Below are positions 25,499 to 32,000 of a stretch of 32,000 nt of DNA, piece after piece (the stretch's first letter is position 1; each line of letters begins with the position of its first letter). Under the pieces are notes generated by a model. That model saw only the letters and a program-made list of their open reading frames with translations, ran no database searches and was not told the DNA's origin. The stretch comes from Methanoregula sp. (lineage in GTDB: Archaea > Halobacteriota > Methanomicrobia > Methanomicrobiales > Methanospirillaceae), in assembly GCF_003170075.1 (NCBI RefSeq), contig NZ_PMZU01000026.1, forward strand, positions 42,004 to 74,003. Reading direction: 5' to 3'. Made by a program: the position numbers and the translations under genes.

Positions 25499-26190
25499 AA
25501 CGGGCAGTCTGTTGTCCTGCACTCTGTGTTCATGCCGTAAAACTGGCAGGTGACCTTCGGGTCGATCGGGATTTTTACGTCAAGGTTTTCTGCTGCGAAG
25601 GCAACCGCCCCCTGTATCGCAAGGAACGTGTTGCGCTTGCAGCAGCGCGGGCCGCCGTGCATGGCAATCGTCATGAGACTTTTCGCGACCACGAGGTTTG
25701 CCTGCTGCCATTCGCGGTGCGAGAGCGGTGTCGCGCCGGTCACGAGCGAGATGAAGATCCCGGTGCCCACTGCCGCGCCGCAGTCGCCCATAAAACCACA
25801 GGCGCCTCCCTTTATCATCCCGGCACGTTCCCGTGCCGTCGCGATCAGTTTTGCTTTCCGGTCCGGCTGCCCGGTGATGTTGCAGTATGCCGCAAGAAGC
25901 ACGGCAGGCACGAGGAAGTGGTGCTCGGGGCCGTGCATGTTCACGACCGGGTTCTGCATCAGGGTGATCGCCATCCTGATCGGATCGGTCTCGGTTGTCT
26001 TTGTGCAGTACTGCTCTATTGCATCATCGGCCCCGAGCTGGTGGCAGCGATCGCAGACAAAGTGCCCGTCCACGCAGACAGCATTGGCCATCTGGACCTT
26101 GTGGCAGTACGCACACTCGTGCTGCTCCGGTGACTCGAGGTAGTGGAGCGGTTTACCGCAGACCATGCACCCGGTGCGGTAGTCAGTCAT
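25483..26190 (-). CDS. Cys-rich uncharacterized protein: N-terminal multi-CxxC zinc-ribbon-like region plus a helical domain with a C_GCAxxG-like motif (DUF5714-like, from memory)
   Basis: GCMVCGKPL..ECAYCH..VCVDGHFVCDRCH at the N-terminus. ACGFMGDCGAAVGTG at aa 130-144 (nt 25759-25803). A later PRCC. The family name is recalled, not verified. Confidence 0.6.
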   Translation of the reverse strand: MTDYRTGCMVCGKPLHYLESPEQHECAYCHKVQMANAVCVDGHFVCDRCHQLGADDAIEQYCTKTTETDPIRMAITLMQNPVVNMHGPEHHFLVPAVLLAAYCNITGQPDRKAKLIATARERAGMIKGGACGFMGDCGAAVGTGIFISLVTGATPLSHREWQQANLVVAKSLMTIAMHGGPRCCKRNTFLAIQGAVAFAAENLDVKIPIDPKVTCQFYGMNTECRTTDCPFYPVR

Positions 26191-26269
26191 GGAAACTCCG
26201 TGTTGTCAAAAGAGAGGGGCCCTTTGAGGGAAAAACTTTATTGATCCGGGCGGGTATCCTCTGCATGAG

Positions 26270-26923
26270 GTGGCTCGCATGCAGGATTGCAGTGGGGAAG
26301 TGGAAAAACTGATCAGGCTTGCTCGTGAACGGGGCGCACATGCACAGCAGATCGCGTCAGAAGACATTGTTGTGGCACAGTGGGTGAGGTTCAAGTGCCG
26401 CTACGGCTGCAAGGGGTACGGCAAGCATTTTGGCTGCCCGCCGTATGCTCCCTCACCGGAAGAGACCCGGAGGATGATTGGAGAATACACAACAGCGCTG
26501 CTGATCCGCTTTGATGGGGTGCCGGGCCATGGTGCGTTTGAGGCCGACGATATCCCCGATGATTTCCACCCCTATTTCCGCGACCTGATCATCTGGGTGA
26601 ACGGGACGGTCCATTTCCTTGAAAAAACCGCATTCTACGACGGGTTCTACAAGGCGTTCGGGTTCGGAGGCTATCCCTGTATCTGGTGCGAGCACCAGCA
26701 CTGCGTTGCGGAAGAAGCTGATGGCGTGGTGGATGAGAGCCTGCGCCGGAAGTGCCGGCATATGGACCTGGTCAGGCCCAGTATGGAGGCTGCAGGGATG
26801 GATGTGTTTGCCACGGCAAAGAATGCCGGCTGGACCCTGCACACAATCCCGTGCAAAGATATGGAGTATGGGAAGATCGTGCACTGCGATGTGCATTCTG
26901 TCGGGCTCGTACTCGTCGCGTGA
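26270..26923 (+). CDS. DUF2284 metal-binding protein
   Basis: ..WVRFKCRYGCKGYGKHFGCPPYAPSPEETR..LLIRF.. and ..YPCIWC..C..CRH...RPSMEAAGMDVF.., the typical DUF2284 cysteine pattern. Start is GTG at 26270 or ATG at 26279. Confidence 0.8.
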   Translation: MARMQDCSGEVEKLIRLARERGAHAQQIASEDIVVAQWVRFKCRYGCKGYGKHFGCPPYAPSPEETRRMIGEYTTALLIRFDGVPGHGAFEADDIPDDFHPYFRDLIIWVNGTVHFLEKTAFYDGFYKAFGFGGYPCIWCEHQHCVAEEADGVVDESLRRKCRHMDLVRPSMEAAGMDVFATAKNAGWTLHTIPCKDMEYGKIVHCDVHSVGLVLVA

Positions 26924-26928
26924 AATGA

Positions 26929-28077
26929 TCAATGGCCCGCACGCATGCGGTGTGGTGGCGGCCCGTGGTGGCGGCTTCTCCCTGAAAACCCGTGCAGGAG
27001 TGTGCCGGAGTACTTCGCTGCAAACGATCCCACAAAGGAGGTCACAATCACCATCACGGCAATGGTGGCAGCAACCGGAGGAGAGCCGTACAGCACGGCA
27101 AGCGCGATGGAGAACTCACCCCTCCCTATGGTGTTTGCCCAGATCTCAAGACCCGACGAGGCAGATCCATAGAGGTAAATGCCGGTCAGCACACCGGAAA
27201 TAAGTTTACTGACGATGGCAAGGACGCAGATGACCGAGATCACAAAGAGGCTCACGCTGCCGGACAGGTTGATGGTGATCCCGAAAAAGACAAAGAAGAT
27301 CACGAGAAATACGTCCTTAAACGGGCGGGCATGCTGCTCGAACGCATCCGGATCGGTGGTCGCAAACACGGCGCCAAGGGCGATGACCATCATGGTTTCG
27401 GGAACCCCTAAAAACATGGCAAATCCCGCAGTCGCGAGCACGGCGACAAACGTGAACAGGACGGGCAGCTCGTCTTCACGGTCGAGGATCGAGACCAGGA
27501 ATTCCTTACCATAATGGGCGAGCACGTAGAGGATGGCCAGCACAAAGATGATCTTTGCGGCAAAGAAGAGCAGGTTCTGGTCGCCGGCCGAAAGGAGGGC
27601 AAGGACGATGATCATTGCAATATCCTCAAAGACCATCAGCCAGATAATGGTCTCCGATTCCCGCATCATGAGTTTGCGGTTCTCGATTAACGAGGTGACG
27701 GCCATCGCAGTGCTGGAGATGTAGAATGCGGCAGCGACAATCAACGCCTCGATAAACGAAAAGCCAAGCATGTAGGCAGCGACAAAACCGATGAGCATAT
27801 TGACGTTGAGATCGATAATCCCGCTTGTGAGCACCGCCGACCGGTTCTCCGAGATCTTATCGATCCTGAGGCCGAGGCCCACGAAAAAGAGTAAAAAGAT
27901 CAGCCCCATTTCTGAGAAGAAACTGCTGATCTGGTCGGATACGACAAGCCCGAGGCCGGCTTTTCCCAGGACAACGCCGGCAATAATGTAGAACGGGATC
28001 GCCGGGAGGGACAGGTACTTGCTAGCCAGTGCAAGCACGAGGCAGACAAAAAGCGCGATTATGATGCCTTCCATCAA
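26929..28077 (-). CDS. Cation:proton antiporter, CPA2 family (Kef/KhtU-like membrane subunit)
   Basis: 382-aa polytopic protein: ..LPAIPFYIIAGVVLGKAGLG..FSEMGLIFLLFFVGLGL..GEFSIALA.., the CPA2 Na_H_exchanger pattern. The start overlaps the upstream TrkA-C gene stop by 4 nt. Confidence 0.85.
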   Translation of the reverse strand: MMEGIIIALFVCLVLALASKYLSLPAIPFYIIAGVVLGKAGLGLVVSDQISSFFSEMGLIFLLFFVGLGLRIDKISENRSAVLTSGIIDLNVNMLIGFVAAYMLGFSFIEALIVAAAFYISSTAMAVTSLIENRKLMMRESETIIWLMVFEDIAMIIVLALLSAGDQNLLFFAAKIIFVLAILYVLAHYGKEFLVSILDREDELPVLFTFVAVLATAGFAMFLGVPETMMVIALGAVFATTDPDAFEQHARPFKDVFLVIFFVFFGITINLSGSVSLFVISVICVLAIVSKLISGVLTGIYLYGSASSGLEIWANTIGRGEFSIALAVLYGSPPVAATIAVMVIVTSFVGSFAAKYSGTLLHGFSGRSRHHGPPPHRMRAGH

Positions 28078-28568
28078 TCCACCAAGATTTCCCGTTCGAA
28101 TAATCTGAGCTGGTCGGTTTCCCCGATAACCAGCACGGCATCGCCGGTTTCAAACACAAACGAGGGCGGGGGATTGATGATATTTTTGTCATTTCGGGAA
28201 ACGGCGATAACGGTCGTCCCGGTCTTTGCCCGGATCCGGAGGTCTTCAATCGTCTTTCCTGCAACGGCCCTGGGGACGATGTACGTATGGATGGTGACCC
28301 GGAGATCGGCAAGCGCAGAGAACGCGATCTCCACGCTCTCCTGGTCGGCCTCGATGATAGCGCCTGTAAGAATATTCCCGAGCCTCCGAGCCTCCACCGG
28401 TGTCATCTCGGCTGCGCTTGGCGTGTGGCAACCCTTCTGGAGGGTATACATCTGGATGGTACCGGTCTTTGTGAAAAATATCGCGACCGTATCGCCCTTG
28501 TCAGTCTCGAATTCGTATTTTGTGCCGACACCGGGAAGGTTGAGGGATCGAAGAGCCATAGGAGACAT
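28074..28568 (-). CDS. Antiporter regulatory subunit with TrkA-C (RCK_C) domain (KhtT-like)
   Basis: NLPGVGTKYEFETDKGDTVAIFF..G..Q.. at the N-terminus and a C-terminal ..AGKTIEDLRIRAKTGTTVIAVSRNDK.I.NPPP..VFETGDAVLVIG RCK_C pattern. Coupled to the CPA2 gene. Confidence 0.85.
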   Translation of the reverse strand: MSPMALRSLNLPGVGTKYEFETDKGDTVAIFFTKTGTIQMYTLQKGCHTPSAAEMTPVEARRLGNILTGAIIEADQESVEIAFSALADLRVTIHTYIVPRAVAGKTIEDLRIRAKTGTTVIAVSRNDKNIINPPPSFVFETGDAVLVIGETDQLRLFEREILVD

Positions 28569-29093
28569 TAGAGGAATGATCCTAAAATATATTACTCCTC
28601 CGCTGGCACACTATTACCCTCTGGGATGTTCCTCCCGTTAAGGATTGCATAGACCTGTGATGCTGATGAAGCCCACTTGTCTGGTCATACAGTAAGTAGG
28701 GAAACCGGGGCCGGTCACCCCTCTTCCGGACCCGGAGTGAGTGCCAGTTCTCTCCAGGTATCCCATCTTCTCCTTCTTATGAAACGGTGGATCACCCGGA
28801 CCCCGAAAATTCCAAATCTCCCGTCGCAAAACCGGCCGGGACAGCATCCCCCGGGGTCCGATAATGATCGGAAATATGGGAAGGTCTCATGGACCGGCCC
28901 ACTCACCACACCTCGACAAAACCCCAACGACACTGGCGACGTGCACATCTCTCTCAGGGAGTATAGGGAACTGTCATAAAAACGAAAAGCGTGTTGGACG
29001 CATGGAGAGGGTGAGAGGATCCCGTTCATGCATCGGACACAGATATCATTCAAGGATTTTCTGGTATGAGAGGCCGGGAGGATCGTTCTTTAG

Positions 29094-29129
29094 TGCCGGA
29101 CTGGTACCGGGCATGAGAACTTTTTTTTT
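29094..29129 (+). terminator. Hairpin (TGCCGG..CCGGGCA) followed by T9, inside the ORF-free region upstream of the oxidoreductase operon
   Basis: Imperfect 6-bp GC stem at 29094-29113, then TTTTTTTTT at 29121-29129, with a further T5 at 29135-29139. Confidence 0.3.
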
Positions 29130-29328
29130 AGGGGTTTTTGTCCTCCCTGTACCAACTGTTGAAAGAACCGGTGTTTAAACCCCAGACCGGGCGGGGTGAA
29201 AGTGATCACACGGGGGTCTCCCGGTACAAACAGCGACCGGCAAAACAGATCATTTTTTGTCTATCCATGATGATAAATAGTGATAGATCCGCGAACGTTT
29301 TTCGCGCACATCCGTTCATTCTGACAAC

Positions 29329-30231
29329 ATGTTTTGTCAGGAGTTGGTGATCATCGCAGAAATCCCGAAGGAAGAATACATAGAAAAATGCACGTCCGCC
29401 TGCGCAGGGTGCAGTTCGTCCCTGACGCTTCGCTATGTGCTAAAAGCTGCCGGGCATGACAGCGTGCTTGTCGTGCCTGCGTGCTGTACGAGCGTCATCC
29501 AGGGGGCCTACCCAAACACCGCGATGAACGTGCCGGTCTATAACGTCGCGTTTGCCTCCGCTGCCGCGTGTGCATCGGGCATGTCCGAAGCGTTTCTGGA
29601 GATGGGTAAAAAGACCCACGTGATCGTGTACGCCGGGGACGGCGGGACGCTCGATATCGGTATCCAGTCGATGTCGGGCGCTTTTGAACGGGGCACGGAT
29701 TTCCTGTACATCTGCTACGACAATGAGGCGTACGGGAACACCGGTATGCAGCGCTCGGGCGCGACGCCGCTTGGCGCAAAGACTACGACCACCCCGACCG
29801 GCAAGACCGTGGAGAAGAAAGACATCGACGCGATCGTGGCCGCCCACCATCTCGAATACATGGCAACCGCGTGCAGCGCGTACCCGCAGGACATCTATAA
29901 AAAAGTCACAAAGGCGCTCACGTTCCGGGGGCCGACCTTCATCCACATCCTTGCCCCCTGCCCACCTGGCTGGCGGTACCCGACCGAGAAGACGATCGAG
30001 ATGGGAAAACTCGCGGTCAAATCCGGCATGTGGGTGCTCTACGAGCGCGAGCACGGGAAACTCACGATCAGCGCACCCTCGAAAGCAGCGATGAAAAAAC
30101 CGCTGCCGCTTGAAGATTATCTCGCCCCGCAGGGAAGGTTCAAGGGCATCGATGCAAAGTCGCTTGAGATCCTCAAACAGCACCTTGCCGCAAACCTCAA
30201 GAAACTTACCGCAGAGGAGGCGCAGCCATGA
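29329..30231 (+). CDS. 2-oxoacid:ferredoxin oxidoreductase, beta (TPP-binding) subunit (POR/VOR/KOR type, specificity undetermined)
   Basis: ..CAGCSSSL..VVPACCTSVI..VYAGDGGTLDIGIQSMSGA..ICYDNEAYGNTGMQRS..TTTTPTGK.. shows the TPP GDGG motif and Fe-S cysteines. Alternative starts at TTG 29344 and GTG 29347 follow CAGGAG. Confidence 0.9.
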   Translation: MFCQELVIIAEIPKEEYIEKCTSACAGCSSSLTLRYVLKAAGHDSVLVVPACCTSVIQGAYPNTAMNVPVYNVAFASAAACASGMSEAFLEMGKKTHVIVYAGDGGTLDIGIQSMSGAFERGTDFLYICYDNEAYGNTGMQRSGATPLGAKTTTTPTGKTVEKKDIDAIVAAHHLEYMATACSAYPQDIYKKVTKALTFRGPTFIHILAPCPPGWRYPTEKTIEMGKLAVKSGMWVLYEREHGKLTISAPSKAAMKKPLPLEDYLAPQGRFKGIDAKSLEILKQHLAANLKKLTAEEAQP

Positions 30232-31340
30232 AGAAGATCGCAACAGGAAACAAGGCGGTCGCTGAAGCGGTCAAACAGGCATGGCCCAGAGTAGTCGCGG
30301 CATACCCGATAACCCCGCAGACCGAGATCGTCGAGACCATCGCGGATTATGTCACAAGCGGCCAGATGAAGAGCCGTTACATCCCGGTCGAGAGCGAGCA
30401 CTCCGCAATGGCGGCCTGCATCGGGGCAAGCATCACAGGAGTGCGGACGTTTACCGCGACAAGCGCACACGGCCTGCTCTACATGCACGAGATGACCAAC
30501 TGGGCCGCAGGTGCACGCCTGCCGATTGTGATGGTAAACGTGAACCGGTCGCTTGGTCCCGGCTGGAATATCTGGGCAGAGCACACCGATGCGATGCAGG
30601 AGCGCGACACCGGCTGGCTGCAGGTATATGTCTCAACCGTGCAGGAAGCCTACGACACAACCCTCATGGCATTCCGCATTGCGGAGCACAATGACGTGCT
30701 GCTGCCGGTGATGGTTAATCTCGACGGGTTCTCCCTCTCCCATATCATGCAACCGCTGGACACCGTCGAACCCGGGGACTTTATCCCGCCGATCCACCTG
30801 CCCCATGCCATCGATACGAAAAACCCAACCGGGTATGGCGGTCTTACCATGCCGGATCAGCACTTCCTGTTCCGGTGGGATATCGAACGCTCGATGCGCG
30901 ACGCCGGAAGGGTGATCGCGGCAACCGAGAAGGACTTTGCACGCCGGTTCGGGCGGAGCTACGGACCGACCGAGAATTACCGGTGCGAAGATGCGGACGT
31001 GATCCTCATCGCCATGGGAACGTTTGGGAAAGAAGCCGAGGTCGCCATCGACATCCTGCGAAAAGAGGGCATAAAGGCCGGCTCGATGCGCCTGCGCTGG
31101 TTCCGGCCGTTTCCAAAACTCGACCTCGCTGGAAAAGAGGTTGTCGTAATCGACCGGGACTACTCGTTCGGGTATGGCGGTATTGTCGCCGGCGAGATTA
31201 AGGCAAAGAACCACTGCGAGGTCTACAGCGTGATCGCCGGCCTTGGCGGCCAGGAAGTTACCTATGATGACATGGCGGAGTTTGTCCGGACACGTCGCAT
31301 GGGTGGGGAGTTCTGGTTTGGGGTGACCGGCAATGTTTGA
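30228..31340 (+). CDS. 2-oxoacid:ferredoxin oxidoreductase, alpha subunit
   Basis: GNKAVAEAV..VVAAYPITPQTEIVE..VESEHSAMAACIGAS.TG.RTFTATSAHGLLYMHE.., the canonical alpha-subunit N-terminus. ATGA overlap with beta. Confidence 0.9.
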   Translation: MKKIATGNKAVAEAVKQAWPRVVAAYPITPQTEIVETIADYVTSGQMKSRYIPVESEHSAMAACIGASITGVRTFTATSAHGLLYMHEMTNWAAGARLPIVMVNVNRSLGPGWNIWAEHTDAMQERDTGWLQVYVSTVQEAYDTTLMAFRIAEHNDVLLPVMVNLDGFSLSHIMQPLDTVEPGDFIPPIHLPHAIDTKNPTGYGGLTMPDQHFLFRWDIERSMRDAGRVIAATEKDFARRFGRSYGPTENYRCEDADVILIAMGTFGKEAEVAIDILRKEGIKAGSMRLRWFRPFPKLDLAGKEVVVIDRDYSFGYGGIVAGEIKAKNHCEVYSVIAGLGGQEVTYDDMAEFVRTRRMGGEFWFGVTGNV

Positions 31341-31860
31341 GATCCGGATCCATTCCCGGGGCGGGCAGGGTGGCGTGACTGCGGCCCGGCTCCTTGCGAT
31401 GGCAGCACTCCATGACGGGAAATACGCGACTGCATGCCCGTTCTACGGTGCGGAGCGCCGCGGGGCGCCGGTCGTCTCGTTTGTGAGGATCGACGACCAC
31501 CCGATCAAAGTCTACAGCCAGATCCGTGACCCGGACCTGGTCGTAGTGCTTGACGCAAGCGTGATGGAAACGGTCGATGTCCTGCACGGGCTCAAAAAGG
31601 GCGGCCGGGTGCTCATCAACAGCGCCCACCGGCCGGAGTTTGCCGGCTATACCACCTTCAATGTCGACCTGACCGGGATCGCCTTAAAAGAAAAACTCGT
31701 GGTCGCGGGGAGCCCGATCCTCAACACCCCGGTGCTCGGGGCGCTCGCAAAGATGGGGATCGTCTCGGTTGATTCAGCAAAGACGGCGATCCGTGAGATG
31801 TTTACCGATGAGCGCAATGTCAAGGCTGCCGAAGCCACATATGTGGAGATGAGCGCATGA
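31333..31860 (+). CDS. 2-oxoacid:ferredoxin oxidoreductase, gamma subunit
   Basis: MFEIRIHSRGGQGGVTAARLLA.AA...G.YA...P.YGAERRGAPV.SFVRI.., the canonical gamma subunit. 175 aa. Confidence 0.9.
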   Translation: MFEIRIHSRGGQGGVTAARLLAMAALHDGKYATACPFYGAERRGAPVVSFVRIDDHPIKVYSQIRDPDLVVVLDASVMETVDVLHGLKKGGRVLINSAHRPEFAGYTTFNVDLTGIALKEKLVVAGSPILNTPVLGALAKMGIVSVDSAKTAIREMFTDERNVKAAEATYVEMSA

Positions 31861-32000
31861 GCAGCAGCGTTAAAAAACGCGACCGGCTTGCAGTGAGCAG
31901 GCCGACCGAAGGCGCAGCCGGCCAGACCGGCTCGTGGCGGGTGTTTAAGCCCGTGGTCGACAAGGAAAAGTGCAACGAATGCGGGCTCTGTGCGATGTAT
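31857..32000 (+). CDS. 2-oxoacid:ferredoxin oxidoreductase, delta (ferredoxin-like) subunit, 3'-truncated by window edge
   Basis: ATG at 31857 overlaps the gamma stop (ATGA). MSSSVKKRDRLAVSRPTEGAAGQTGSWRVFKPVVDKEKCNECGLCAMY.. shows the delta-subunit pattern GSWR..P.....C..CG.C. Confidence 0.8.
   Translation, partial: MSSSVKKRDRLAVSRPTEGAAGQTGSWRVFKPVVDKEKCNECGLCAMY

Noticed and set aside
28690-29230. Possible RNase P RNA or SRP (7S) RNA. Short similarities include GUAGGGAAACCGGGGCC, GGGUGAAAG and minus-strand GGGUCCGGAAGAGG.
   Set aside because: The diagnostic elements are missing. For RNase P there is no GGAAAGUCC-type CR-I and no ACAGAA..GGCUUA CR-IV/V. For SRP there is no helix-8 GGAA tetraloop closed by a proper stem with the AGCA loop.
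1-32000. Search for CRISPR arrays, tRNA or rRNA genes, transposases, integrases and terminal inverted repeats of mobile elements.
   Set aside because: I noticed no regularly spaced direct repeats, no GTTCRANYC T-loop-containing cloverleaf candidates, and no transposase- or integrase-like translations. The only repeats seen are the intragenic DUF333 duplication and the short regulatory-type repeats reported above.

Overview
Densely coding archaeal chromosomal segment, apparently moderately GC-rich. Gene content suggests a Methanomicrobiales-like methanogen: an H4MPT-pathway DHPS-like enzyme, FprA, RibL, TATA-type promoters and many leaderless or ATGA-coupled genes. This assignment is inference. 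I recognised no rRNA, tRNA, CRISPR array, transposase or integrase.

Left part: the 3' end of trpA, a tandem-DUF333 lipoprotein, the cobalt ECF transporter cbiMNQO (CbiO carries an unexplained ~125-aa C-terminal extension), and an anaerobic corrin-ring operon cbiT-L-F-G-H-C-D-(69-aa ORF)-cbiA. After this come an orphan start-less coding fragment and a GntP-type permease.

Centre, the most interesting part: a divergent arsR <-> hgcA-hgcB-(C_GCAxxG_C_C protein)-acr3-arsC unit. The mercury-methylation pair carries both hallmarks, NVWCAAGK in HgcA and CMECGA plus a C-terminal CC in HgcB, and is built into an arsenic-resistance operon. The divergent control region is symmetric, with two ATTTCA/TGAAAT palindromes flanking a palindromic TATA. 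An S-C-C-G vicinal-cysteine tail occurs in ArsR, HgcA and HgcB.

Right part: malic enzyme, F420H2 oxidase FprA, truA, a PHP phosphoesterase, the DHPS-like H4MPT enzyme, a parvulin, a membrane-anchored acetolactate-decarboxylase homolog, and a JAMM-RibL pair. These are followed by a divergent pair of Cys-rich proteins (DUF5714-like and DUF2284), a KhtT-CPA2 antiporter pair, a ~760-nt ORF-free region ending in a hairpin plus T9, and a 2-oxoacid:ferredoxin oxidoreductase operon in the order beta-alpha-gamma-delta, truncated at the window end.

Most long antisense ORFs in the track look like non-coding shadow frames and were not called.
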